Both the position numbers and the translations under genes were made by a program. Below are positions 38,948-47,836 of a DNA stretch of 64,000 bases, in pieces. Every line of letters starts with the position of its first letter. Position 1 is the first letter of the stretch. The notes under the pieces were generated by a model. That model did no database searches, had not been told where the DNA came from, and worked only from the letters and a program-made list of their open reading frames with translations. The stretch is from Planctomycetota bacterium (GTDB taxonomy: Bacteria > Planctomycetota > UBA1135): the NCBI GenBank assembly GCA_021776925.1, contig JAJFFB010000100.1, positions 35,894 to 99,893 on the forward strand. Reading direction: 5' to 3'.

Positions 38948-39832
38948 CTAGAATTCGACGCCGAAGCGTGATTTCAGGGCGAAGCCGAGGACCAGCGATA
39001 CGACTACGAACCACAACATGATGCCGATCTCGCCTCCGGGCAGAAATGCCAAGGGGGCTGCGGCGTAGGGCACGGTGATCGTGGTGACGAAGGAGCCGGC
39101 GTCGATCACCGGATCGCCGAAGAACAGGATCGGGTCCTTGGCGGCGGCGAACTTGGCAAAGGGCGTCGCGGTGCGCAGGCGCGCCAGGCGGCGCGGATCG
39201 GTACCGACCTCGACCGTTTTGGTGACCGTTTCGCCGGCGTAGCGGAGGCCCAGCTGGTGGGAGCCGTTGGTGGTCGCGTCGACCACCAGGACCAAGCGGT
39301 CGCTGGTGTTGCCACGCTGGACCAGATCGAGTCCGGCTGGCACATCCAGGTCGATTTCGTTGGCTTTGACCTTGTCAGCGAGTTCGACCACGATGGTGAC
39401 CTTTTCCTGGCCGACTTCCAGTGGCTGATAGGCGTAAAGCGAATTGAGCTGGAACCAGATCACCATGAAAGGCGCCGCCAGCACGATCATCGGCAATACG
39501 TTAAGGCCCAGATACGCCATGTTCCAGGAAAGGGATCCGAACACTCCCTTGCCGACGGTGGGCATGTCGTCCTGAAAAATGCGGATGCCGAGCAGGTTGT
39601 GCTTGATCTTGTCCTTGACCGCGACGATGGCCCCTTGGGCGGACACGTGCGGGAAGGCCAGCAAGAACAATATGCCGGTCCCGGCGCTGACCAGGGTGAC
39701 CACGCCGAAACCGCCGAGCCAGCCAAAGGCCACGTCGAAGCCGGTGAACAGACCGTTGAGGAGCGCGGGAACGAAGACCCCCGCCGCGGCAATCACGCCG
39801 CAGATGGCAATGGTAAGCAGGGTTGCGATCAT
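38948..39832 (-). CDS. orphan membrane protein (3 N-terminal TM helices, extracytoplasmic domain, C-terminal TM helix)
   Basis: ATG at 39832 gives MIATLLTIAICGVIAAAGVFVPALL. The C-terminal helix is IGIMLWFVVVSLVLGFAL. It is the last gene of the minus-strand sat/cysC/NPP cluster. Confidence 0.6.
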   Translation of the reverse strand: MIATLLTIAICGVIAAAGVFVPALLNGLFTGFDVAFGWLGGFGVVTLVSAGTGILFLLAFPHVSAQGAIVAVKDKIKHNLLGIRIFQDDMPTVGKGVFGSLSWNMAYLGLNVLPMIVLAAPFMVIWFQLNSLYAYQPLEVGQEKVTIVVELADKVKANEIDLDVPAGLDLVQRGNTSDRLVLVVDATTNGSHQLGLRYAGETVTKTVEVGTDPRRLARLRTATPFAKFAAAKDPILFFGDPVIDAGSFVTTITVPYAAAPLAFLPGGEIGIMLWFVVVSLVLGFALKSRFGVEF

Positions 39833-39872
39833 GTTCGGTGGGTCGCAGACGTCGGCACGGAAGCACTCAGCC

Positions 39873-40070
39873 TTAGCTGATGTAGCCGAGACCGCGCAGC
39901 GATTCGGTGATGTCCTGGTCAGAGCTACCCTGTCCTTCGATCTCCTTGAGTTCCTTTTCCAGAACGTGCTCGACGAATTCCTCAACCGAGGAATAGCCAG
40001 CGACCTCGGCGACCTTCTTGCAGCGCTCGAGGATGTCTTTGTTGAGCTTGAGCTTGGGTCCTCCAAACAT
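39873..40070 (-). CDS. small ribbon-helix-helix (CopG/Arc/MetJ-like) protein, paralogue 1, C-terminal LRGLGYIS
   Basis: 65 aa. KLKLNKDILERCKKVAEVAGYSSVEEFVEHVLEKEL fits the strand-helix-helix pattern. It aligns with 47356..47577 (VTVKIPRPLYRRIQQVIENTGFSSPTDFIVFVLRDLM). GC is lower than in flanking genes. Confidence 0.65.
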   Translation of the reverse strand: MFGGPKLKLNKDILERCKKVAEVAGYSSVEEFVEHVLEKELKEIEGQGSSDQDITESLRGLGYIS

Positions 40071-40105
40071 CGTCTTTCTCCGTAATCAGGGTTGGGTGGT
40101 TCGCC

Positions 40106-42298
40106 CTAGAACAAGGGCTTGCCGTCGACGCCGGCCGGTGGCTCGACATCGAAAAGGTGGTAAAGGGTTGCAGTGATGTCTTCCAGGGCCGGATCTTTGC
40201 TCAGACCCTGCCCGTTGCGCACGATGATCGTGCCGCGCACCACTTCCGGGTCCATCAGATGGGAACCCGACCAGCGGCTTAGATTGTCCTCCATCACCGT
40301 GGTGCCGGTGATCTTGCCCGAAGCGGCGTCATCCGAGGCACCATAGCCGTAGCTGAAGCCGAGCTGCAGGTCAGGCGCGAATTCGGTCATCTCGCCTTCG
40401 AAGACCTCGGTCGCGAGCAACACGCGGCGGAACACGGCCTCGCCGTTGTCGTCGTGCAGAGCCAGCAGCTTGTTGCGGATTTCTTCGAGCAGAGGTTCGG
40501 CCTGCTGATCGCTGACGATTCCCTTCGGCTCACGTTCGACCCGATTGAGGATGACCCCGTTGAAACCGACCGTGTAGGCCTGGGTCTGCGACCAGTCCAC
40601 AACCGAACTGTCCCAGTCGATGCCGCCCTCGGCATCGATACCCATGGCGCCGACGTCCCCGCTGGTTTTGCCTTCGCGCAGGACCATGTATCCCTCCTGC
40701 ACCAGCCAGTCGTTGACATTCATGCGCCGGTAGAAGGGTGCAAAGCCATGGTCGGACATAATGATCAGCTTGACCGCTTCGCCATCGGCTTCCATGGCTT
40801 CGAGGCGATGCATCAAGTGCCCGAGCATGTCGTCGACCTGTTTGTAAATACGATCCAGCTGCTGTGAGTAGCCGGGAAGGTCGGGGTCGTCGATCGATCC
40901 TGTCTCTTCCTGGTAGGGATGGCGAAGGTCCTGCGCGTGCCACAGCATGTGCGACCGCAGGTCCAGCGACCCGGTGTAGAAGAACAACAGGCCGCCCGAC
41001 TCATCGAGCTGGTCACATGCGTAATCAAGCATGTGCCGACGCTCTTCGATCACGGTGTCGGATTGCGATACAAACTCTGCGGTGTTCAGCAACTTGGCCT
41101 TGTACGCCTTGTACGCGTCGGGAAAGCCCTGGGTGTGGTAAGGCCCGATCACCGCGGCCATTTCGGCGGAAGCATCGTCGGGAGTGCTGACCGGAGTGGC
41201 CGGGTCGTAAGGATCGATCTGGATCGGCGCGGCGTAAAGTTCGAAGGGCTGATGCGACTTGAACAGGAAACGCGTCCAGCCCTTCATGGCAACCATGCCG
41301 TGCACCATGGAAAATTCGACCGGCACCCAATCGGTCCATTCCCCTACCTTGGCGATCCCGTAATGGTCCTCGACCTCGATCGTCACAACCGGCTCAGGCC
41401 CGGTGTAATCCAGGTAGGTGGTAAACGGCAGGAAGGTCTCGCGCTCGTCGGCGATTTCGCGTTTGATCTCTGCGATGCGGTTGCCGTATTCGCGTGCACG
41501 GGCGGTTTCGCCAGCGGAATTGGCTTCACGCGCGCGGACGTTGAGGACGGCCATCTCGTGTTCTAGATCGTCAAGATCGCGCGCCGAATCCTCCGGTCCG
41601 TAGAGCTGCGCTGGAATCGGAATGATGCCCTTGCCGCCCTCGACCTCAAGGCGCAATCGGTTCACCGAAACCCGACGGATGTAATAAGAGGTGCCGTCTT
41701 TATCCTGCTTGGAAGGATCCTCCGTCCACAGAAAGGCCTTGCCCGCCTGTTCGCCGGTGATGTCACCAAAACCCATGTCGGGGAAGGTGACCGCGTTGGT
41801 GTCGACCAGGGGATAGTTGGCCGGCATGCGGTGTACGAAGACCGGAACCCCCGCCTCGTCGAGCACTTCCCAAAAAGCGGGCATGCGCCGCATCACGCGG
41901 GTGTCGCCACCGGTGACCGGAATCTTGTAGCCGGCCAGACTGATCTCGAAACCGACCGGGTCGGTCTCGCTCATCGAATTGAGCAGTCCGTAGTTGTGTC
42001 GGTCGACGTGGATGAAGTCGTACAGTCCGTGGCGACCGGGATTGGAACCGGTGGTGAAGTTGGTCCACGCCACCGGCGATTGTGGCGGCCACGAGGTCTG
42101 CAGCGGCTGGAAAACAGAGGTGTCGACCAGCTTGGCGAAATTAGGCAGTAGACCTCGATCGATGCGTTCTTGAAGCATCTCGGGGTCCAGCCCATCGACG
42201 CCGAATACGACCACGCGCTGGTCGCTCTGCTTCTCATTGCCGCCACATGCGGGCAGCAAGACGGCACACAAGGAAACCAGGAGGAGTCGGCTGCGCAT
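40106..42298 (-). CDS. alkaline-phosphatase-superfamily protein, type I phosphodiesterase/nucleotide pyrophosphatase (NPP)-like, lipoprotein
   Basis: ATG at 42298 gives MRSRLLLVSLCAVLLPACGG (lipobox). Motifs VVVFGVDGLDP, SWPPQSPVAWTNFTTG, IIMSDHGF and WSGSH. Paralogous to 42298..44532. Confidence 0.8.
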   Translation of the reverse strand: MRSRLLLVSLCAVLLPACGGNEKQSDQRVVVFGVDGLDPEMLQERIDRGLLPNFAKLVDTSVFQPLQTSWPPQSPVAWTNFTTGSNPGRHGLYDFIHVDRHNYGLLNSMSETDPVGFEISLAGYKIPVTGGDTRVMRRMPAFWEVLDEAGVPVFVHRMPANYPLVDTNAVTFPDMGFGDITGEQAGKAFLWTEDPSKQDKDGTSYYIRRVSVNRLRLEVEGGKGIIPIPAQLYGPEDSARDLDDLEHEMAVLNVRAREANSAGETARAREYGNRIAEIKREIADERETFLPFTTYLDYTGPEPVVTIEVEDHYGIAKVGEWTDWVPVEFSMVHGMVAMKGWTRFLFKSHQPFELYAAPIQIDPYDPATPVSTPDDASAEMAAVIGPYHTQGFPDAYKAYKAKLLNTAEFVSQSDTVIEERRHMLDYACDQLDESGGLLFFYTGSLDLRSHMLWHAQDLRHPYQEETGSIDDPDLPGYSQQLDRIYKQVDDMLGHLMHRLEAMEADGEAVKLIIMSDHGFAPFYRRMNVNDWLVQEGYMVLREGKTSGDVGAMGIDAEGGIDWDSSVVDWSQTQAYTVGFNGVILNRVEREPKGIVSDQQAEPLLEEIRNKLLALHDDNGEAVFRRVLLATEVFEGEMTEFAPDLQLGFSYGYGASDDAASGKITGTTVMEDNLSRWSGSHLMDPEVVRGTIIVRNGQGLSKDPALEDITATLYHLFDVEPPAGVDGKPLF

Positions 42299-44532
42299 CA
42301 GGCGACCACCTTGCTCTCGCTGGGTTCGGGATTGGCTTCGCTCTGGACCGTGGGAGCTTCCGGCCCACGCGGTCCGAACAGCGGCTGGCCTTGCATGTAG
42401 CCCGGGATCGGCAGACCAAAGAGGCGCAGCACGGTGGGTCCGAGGTCCATCAGGTTGGGCGCCTGGGTGTTGATCGGGGTATCGCTGAAAACCACCCCGG
42501 GCACCTCGCGCGGATCGATGCAGTGATCGCCCGACCACGATTTTGTGTTATCGGAGAACACCTCGGCCGGGCACGCGCCGGTGGCGCAGTTCCAGGCATT
42601 GCGGTAGCCACGCACGTATCCGGCAAACAGGTCCGGAGCCTCGAAGACGTAAGGACCGGTGAAGATCTCGTCGGCGTCGAATACGTCGCGGAACACGCGT
42701 TCGCCGGTCTTGGGGTCCTCGAGTTTCATCAGGCCGGCCTTGATCTCGGCCTTGACCTGGTGCAGTTCCTCGCCTTCTTCGACGATGCCGTTGCGCTCCC
42801 GCCCCTTGCGGTTGATAAACAGGCCGGTGAGGCCGAGCGAGAAGGCCTTGGTCTGCTCCCAGTCGACGTCTTGCAGCCAGTCGCGCGACACCGGAACGCC
42901 GCTTTCCTCGTCGACCGGAGCATCGGCCTTGAGCACCAGGAAGCCGTTGTCCCGCAGCCAAGCGTTGAGATTGACACCGCGCTTGAACTGGCAGAAACCG
43001 TGGTCGGAGATGATCAGCAGCTGATCACGCTTGGGATTCAGCTTGCCCTTGACCTCGCCGATCAGGCGATCGGCGGTGGCGTAGATCTCGGCGACCTTGT
43101 CCTTGCCCCACTCGGTGTCCTTGCCCTCGTTGGCAGGGTGGTCGGCATCAAGATAGCGGTGGAACATATGCGACACCCGGTCGGTGCCGTCGAAGACGCA
43201 CACCACCGATCCCTTGCGGGTGTTCTTCAGCGCGTCGAACAATTGCGCGCGACGTTCGTTCCAAATGTTGAGCGACTGCTTCCAAAAGGCCTCTTCGTCG
43301 ATCACCCGCTCGTTCAGAGCCCAGGTGTCCTCGGCAAGGCCGAGGGTGGCGAAAGGGCCGAGCTTCTTGGCCAGATAGATCGAGTACACCGTCGGATGCG
43401 AGATCGGCATCGCCGGGTTGGCGGGGTCGATCTGAATCGGCGTCATGTAGAGGCCGAACTCCGGCGCGGTGCCCATGCAGTAGAAGCGCGCGATGCCCGA
43501 AGCCTTGACCTTGGAGAACTTGGACACGAACTCGAGCGTGACCCAGTCGCTGTAGTCCTTGACCCCGATCTCGACCACCTGCTCGGAACCCTTGGTGCCG
43601 ATCGACAGGCGCACCCGGCCCTTGTTGCCCTCGCTGCCGTCGCCGTCCTCGAGCACCTCGATCTTCATCGGGATGCGCATCGGTTCGGGCTTGCTCGCGC
43701 CCGGATCGGCAGGCCCGGTGATCGGGCAGCGCAGGACGTTGCGGTCGCGGGCCACCATCAGCACGTCGCCGCCGGCCTCAGGGCCGGCGAGAGCCTTGTC
43801 GGTGGTCCAGAAGGTAAAGGAACCCTGGGTGCCCTTGAGGTCGGGAACACACATTCCCGACAGGCACGCGCCGTGAAATTTTTCCGGCGGGAAGGTGATC
43901 GGCACGCGGATGATATTGGAGAAGATCTTCTTCTCGCCCAGAATCGCCCACCACGGCTTGCCCTTGCGCAGCAGCCGGATGCTCGAAGTCGACTTCTTCA
44001 AGAATTCGAACTTGCCGATCTTGAGCAGTGCCTTTTCACCCTGGCGGATCTCGGTCGAGGACAGGATCGGCAGATAGGTGCAAGGATCGCGGGTGATGAA
44101 ATCAAAAATGTTGTGGCGGCTGGCGTCGACTCCGGTGGTGAAGGAGGACCACGCCACCGGCGACATCGACGGATAGGAGGTCGCCAAAGGGCCAAAACTG
44201 CCGTGCTCGGACATCGCCTTCATGTTGGGCATGCGCCCCTCGTCCATGAAACGCTGCGCGAGCTGCGGGTCCATGCCATCGAAACCGATGATGACCACGC
44301 GCTTGGTCTTGCCCTTGATGCGTCCGGCTCCGGTGAGCAGACGCATGGCCATCTTGATCGGATAGGCGAAAACGATGGCGACCGCCAGGAACAGCGCACC
44401 GACCAGGACCAGTCCGCCGGACAAAACGGCAAAACCGGCGCCAGGTCCGATGTAGGCCTGGGCCGGATCCGGCGCTGCGAGCATGAAAGCGCAGGCCAGG
44501 AAGATGGCGAGAAGAGTGCGGTTGCGCGGCAT
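42298..44532 (-). CDS. alkaline-phosphatase-superfamily protein, NPP-like, membrane-anchored
   Basis: The N-terminus is MPRNRTLLAIFLACAFMLAAPDPAQAYIGPGAGF followed by a TM helix. Motifs VVIIGFDGMDP, SYPSMSPVAWSSFTTG, LIISDHGF and WSGDH. The stop overlaps the next ATG by 1 nt. Confidence 0.8.
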   Translation of the reverse strand: MPRNRTLLAIFLACAFMLAAPDPAQAYIGPGAGFAVLSGGLVLVGALFLAVAIVFAYPIKMAMRLLTGAGRIKGKTKRVVIIGFDGMDPQLAQRFMDEGRMPNMKAMSEHGSFGPLATSYPSMSPVAWSSFTTGVDASRHNIFDFITRDPCTYLPILSSTEIRQGEKALLKIGKFEFLKKSTSSIRLLRKGKPWWAILGEKKIFSNIIRVPITFPPEKFHGACLSGMCVPDLKGTQGSFTFWTTDKALAGPEAGGDVLMVARDRNVLRCPITGPADPGASKPEPMRIPMKIEVLEDGDGSEGNKGRVRLSIGTKGSEQVVEIGVKDYSDWVTLEFVSKFSKVKASGIARFYCMGTAPEFGLYMTPIQIDPANPAMPISHPTVYSIYLAKKLGPFATLGLAEDTWALNERVIDEEAFWKQSLNIWNERRAQLFDALKNTRKGSVVCVFDGTDRVSHMFHRYLDADHPANEGKDTEWGKDKVAEIYATADRLIGEVKGKLNPKRDQLLIISDHGFCQFKRGVNLNAWLRDNGFLVLKADAPVDEESGVPVSRDWLQDVDWEQTKAFSLGLTGLFINRKGRERNGIVEEGEELHQVKAEIKAGLMKLEDPKTGERVFRDVFDADEIFTGPYVFEAPDLFAGYVRGYRNAWNCATGACPAEVFSDNTKSWSGDHCIDPREVPGVVFSDTPINTQAPNLMDLGPTVLRLFGLPIPGYMQGQPLFGPRGPEAPTVQSEANPEPSESKVVA

Positions 44533-44558
44533 GGGTTGTGGTGCAGGGCGCGCCGGAA

Positions 44559-44586
44559 GGGCCAGAGAGGTTACCCCCTCTGGCCC
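44559..44586. other. intercistronic stem-loop between cysC and the NPP-like gene
   Basis: 9-bp stem GGGCCAGAG / CTCTGGCCC with a 10-nt loop, read directly. No U-tract follows on the transcribed (minus) strand. Confidence 0.3.
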
Positions 44587-44592
44587 AGCATT

Positions 44593-45147
44593 CTAGGCGT
44601 TGGCCGGTGCGGCGGCCGGGATCAGACCGTTGGTCTCGAGGTAACCGAGGATTTCCTTGAGGCTCTCCTCGGGATCCTGGCTCTCGGAGTTGACGGTGAT
44701 CTCGGCGTGCTCGGGAACTTCGTATGGATCGGAAATCCCGGTGAAGTTCTTGATCTCGCCAGACAGGGCCTTGGCGTAAAGACCCTTGACGTCGCGCCGT
44801 GTCAGCTCTTCGATCGAGCACTCGGCGTAGACTTCGACGAAGCTGCCCATCATGCCGCGGCACTGGCGGCGCACTTCGGCGTAGGGCGAGATCGCCGCGG
44901 TCATGACGATGGCGCCATTACGGGAGAGCAGCTTGGCAACGTAGCCGATGCGGCGGATGTTGGTGTCCCGGTCTTCTTTGGAGAAGCCGAGTCCTTTGGA
45001 CAGGTTCTCACGAACTTCGTCGCCGTCGAGAATCTCGACCTTGCAGCCGCGCTTGCGCAACTCCGGCTCAAGCATGCGGGACAGGGTGGATTTGCCCGAT
45101 CCGGACAGTCCGGTGAACCAGAGGCAGAAACCTTTTTGATTGGTCAT
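44593..45147 (-). CDS. cysC: adenylylsulfate (APS) kinase
   Basis: GFCLWFTGLSGSGKSTLS (P-loop), LDGDEVR and full-length similarity to CysC. Confidence 0.95.
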   Translation of the reverse strand: MTNQKGFCLWFTGLSGSGKSTLSRMLEPELRKRGCKVEILDGDEVRENLSKGLGFSKEDRDTNIRRIGYVAKLLSRNGAIVMTAAISPYAEVRRQCRGMMGSFVEVYAECSIEELTRRDVKGLYAKALSGEIKNFTGISDPYEVPEHAEITVNSESQDPEESLKEILGYLETNGLIPAAAPANA

Positions 45148-45186
45148 GGGTCTAGGTGAGTGTGCGGAAGAGTCGCAGGGGATGGG

Positions 45187-46101
45187 TTACTTGAGCTTGC
45201 CCTCTAGGAAGGGAACCTCGAAACACTTGTCGTGCATGATCGGGCCGTGCCCGAAGTAGCCCGCTTCGCCGAACAATTCGCCGTGGTCTGCGGTCACGAT
45301 GACCCAGGAGTCCTTTGGCAGCATGTCGTAGAAGCGAGGGAAGACCTCTTGGTCGAGGTAGCGCACCGTTTCGATCTGACGCGCGCGGCATTTTTGGATC
45401 ATCTCCATGTCCATGAACTCGCCCGACTCGTTGTCGGAGATCAGGTTGCCGGTCTCGTCAATCTGGTTGTCGAGCTTGCGGAAGATGCCGTTGACGCCGG
45501 AGATGTGCGGCAGGTCGTTCTTGTCCTCGTCAGGGAGCCCGTAGGGGTAGTGGGTCTCGCCCACGTTCATCAGGTAGAACTGCGGCTTGTTGCCGCCGAT
45601 GCCCTTGGACTCGCGCTTGGTGTGCGCTTCGATCTCGTCCAACATCAGGTTCATGTCGTTGTGCTTCGGCATGAGCTTGAAGGTGTCGAAATCGCGATTG
45701 ATCCCGGTGGCCGGGTTGAGCACCGGCAAGGACACCAGCGCGTGGGTCTCGTAGCTCTTGTTCTTGAGATACTTGGGCAGCCACAGGTGCGGGATCATCG
45801 CCTCGAAGCCGGCCTCGTCCACGCCCAGCCTTTCGGTGAACTTGTACAGGTCGTGCTTGTAATACTCCGAGGCGTAGACCTTTTCCGGACTGGTGTGCGG
45901 AACCAGTCCGGTGAGCAGGTTGTAGTGAGAAGGAGCGGTCCACGACGCGTAGCTGTAGCGGGCTTCGACGTTCTCGAGGCCGCCGACCAGCTTGGCGATG
46001 TTCTCGGGCTGTGCCTCCATGAAGGTGTCATAGCGGCATGAATCCAGGGTGATGACGAACAGATGGTTCAGTTCGCGCTTCTTTCCGAACAGTCCGAACA
46101 T
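45187..46101 (-). CDS. small cytoplasmic alkaline-phosphatase-superfamily protein (NPP/sulfatase-like core)
   Basis: No signal peptide (MFGLFGKKRELNHL). VITLDSCRYD is a metal-binding Asp region. SWTAPSHYNLLTGLVPH resembles the NPP nucleophile motif T-F-P-N-H-Y-x-x-x-TG-L-x-P. VIVTADHGELFGE is also present. AAGGAG SD about 6 nt upstream of the ATG. Confidence 0.7.
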   Translation of the reverse strand: MFGLFGKKRELNHLFVITLDSCRYDTFMEAQPENIAKLVGGLENVEARYSYASWTAPSHYNLLTGLVPHTSPEKVYASEYYKHDLYKFTERLGVDEAGFEAMIPHLWLPKYLKNKSYETHALVSLPVLNPATGINRDFDTFKLMPKHNDMNLMLDEIEAHTKRESKGIGGNKPQFYLMNVGETHYPYGLPDEDKNDLPHISGVNGIFRKLDNQIDETGNLISDNESGEFMDMEMIQKCRARQIETVRYLDQEVFPRFYDMLPKDSWVIVTADHGELFGEAGYFGHGPIMHDKCFEVPFLEGKLK

Positions 46102-46130
46102 GGATCAGCTCCTTCGCTCTTGGGGACAGA

Positions 46131-47306
46131 TCAGGCGCTGGCGGTCGCCGAGCCTGCGTAGGAAGCGATCAGGATGTCAGCGACCTCGGGGCGGGTGAAC
46201 TCGGCCGGCGGACGTTCGCCGTTGCTGAGCATCTCGCGCACCTTGGTGCCGCTGAGGAAGATCTTGTCCTCGGGGCCGGCCGGGCTCGACTTGGTCGAAG
46301 CCATGCCGCCGGTGAGCTTGCAGTAGAAGGCGTGCTCGAACAACAGGGTGTTGATCTGGAGTTCGCCGTCTTCGAATTGGTCGAAGATCTGTTGCGCGTC
46401 GAAAGTGCCGTAGTAGGCGCCCACACCGGCGTGGTCGCGGCCGATGATGATGTGGGTGCAGCCGTAGTTCTGACGGCAGATCGCGTGCAGAATCGCCTCG
46501 CGCGGGCCGCCGTAGCGCATCGCCTGCGGGTAGACGCCGAGCATGGTGCGGTCGAGCGGGTAGTACTTGTTGAGCAGCGCGTGGTAGCACGCCATGCGCA
46601 CGTCGGACGGGATGTCGTCCGACTTGGTGTCGCCCACCAAGGGGTGCACCAGCAGGCCGTCGGTCTGCTCGAGCGCGACCTTGGTCAGGTACTCGTGGGC
46701 GCGGTGGATCGGGTTGCGCGTCTGGAAGGCAACCACCGTTTCCCAGCCCTTCTCGGCGAAGGCGGCACGGCTCTGCTCCGGTGTGAAGCGGTAGTCGTTG
46801 TGCTTGGCGTGGCTCGGCAGGTCGGCGACCTCGAAGCTGCCGCCCACGTTCCAGGAACCCAGAGTGGACAGATAACCCCACGCCGGATGGTCGTGGTCGG
46901 CCTTGGCGCCGGTCCCGCTGAAGCACCGATCCAGTTCGATCTCGCGATCGGGCTGCCACACGTCGCCCACGGTCAGGATGCCGTAGACGCTTCCGTCTTC
47001 ACCCTGTAGGGCGACTTCGGCGCCTGCTTCCGGAGCGGCTTCGCCGTCCTTCAGAGCCAGGGTCACCGGCAGCGGCCACGGGGTGCCGTTGGCCAGGCGC
47101 AGGTTGGCGACCACGTTGTCGTAGTCGGCCTGCCCCATGAAGCCCTCGAGGGGGCTCATCGCGCCGACCGCGATCATTTCCAGATCGCTGCTTTCACGCG
47201 AGTTGAGGACCAGGACGGGAAGTTGGGCAGCGCGGGCCAGGAGCGCTTCGCGCTCGGCTCCAGTCACCATCCGGTTCACGAGTTTGCCACCGTGGGGAGC
47301 GATCAT
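46131..47306 (-). CDS. sat: sulfate adenylyltransferase (ATP sulfurylase, Sat type)
   Basis: ATG at 47306 gives MIAPHGGKLVNRMV. Motifs FQTRNPIHRAHEYL and IIGRDHAGVG. Confidence 0.9.
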   Translation of the reverse strand: MIAPHGGKLVNRMVTGAEREALLARAAQLPVLVLNSRESSDLEMIAVGAMSPLEGFMGQADYDNVVANLRLANGTPWPLPVTLALKDGEAAPEAGAEVALQGEDGSVYGILTVGDVWQPDREIELDRCFSGTGAKADHDHPAWGYLSTLGSWNVGGSFEVADLPSHAKHNDYRFTPEQSRAAFAEKGWETVVAFQTRNPIHRAHEYLTKVALEQTDGLLVHPLVGDTKSDDIPSDVRMACYHALLNKYYPLDRTMLGVYPQAMRYGGPREAILHAICRQNYGCTHIIIGRDHAGVGAYYGTFDAQQIFDQFEDGELQINTLLFEHAFYCKLTGGMASTKSSPAGPEDKIFLSGTKVREMLSNGERPPAEFTRPEVADILIASYAGSATASA

Positions 47307-47355
47307 CGTTCCAGTTATGAAGGTTGAATCCGAAGACAGGTTGGGTTGCGAACTC

Positions 47356-47577
47356 CTAGAGGTAGCCCAAATTTTTGAGCTTTTGCTTGATGACCTGGAG
47401 TTCATCTGGGCTGAAATCGTCGGAATCGGCCTTGGTTTCCACCTCGCCCATCAGGTCGCGCAAAACGAACACGATGAAGTCAGTGGGTGAGGAAAAACCG
47501 GTGTTCTCGATCACCTGCTGAATCCTCCGGTACAGAGGGCGGGGGATCTTGACGGTAACCCGGGTTTCCTTTTGCAT
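47356..47577 (-). CDS. small ribbon-helix-helix protein, paralogue 2, C-terminal LKNLGYL
   Basis: ATG at 47577 gives MQKETRVTVKIPRPLYRRIQQVIENTGFSSPTDFIVFVLRDLM...VIKQKLKNLGYL. It is the first gene of the minus-strand cluster, 49 nt upstream of sat. Lower GC than neighbours. Confidence 0.65.
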   Translation of the reverse strand: MQKETRVTVKIPRPLYRRIQQVIENTGFSSPTDFIVFVLRDLMGEVETKADSDDFSPDELQVIKQKLKNLGYL

Positions 47578-47616
47578 GGCTTTCCTACGAAATCGCGTCG
47601 CCCATTGTACACGGAA

Positions 47617-47669
47617 TGGAGTGCCAAGGGAGCCTACCTGGAGTGCAATTTGAGTCTCACCGCACTCCA
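47617..47669. promoter_or_regulatory. three copies of TGGAGTGC (two direct, one inverted) with 22-23-nt left-edge offsets; candidate RHH operator
   Basis: Read directly: TGGAGTGC at 47617-47624 and 47639-47646, and GCACTCCA at 47662-47669. This is 40-92 nt upstream of the RHH start at 47577, in the divergent intergenic region. Confidence 0.4.
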
Positions 47670-47836
47670 ATGAGCAGAATCCCCTGCCAACGCGCGTTCC
47701 TAACCCCCTCCTGGAGGAGGATTAGCCGCTTATCGGCAGGCTCCTAGAAGAGCCTGAACCGGAATGTGATCCGACCCCAAAGGCCCTTTCCTGGTAGGCT
47801 TTGAAGGATCCGGCGCGGACCCACGAACACGCTTCC

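Noticed and set aside
39873-47577. The two RHH genes as antitoxins of toxin-antitoxin modules
   Set aside because: No adjacent small toxin-like ORF (RelE/ParE/VapC/MazF-type) is present. Their neighbours are sat, NPP-like and membrane protein genes, and an operator-like repeat fits a transcription-regulator role.
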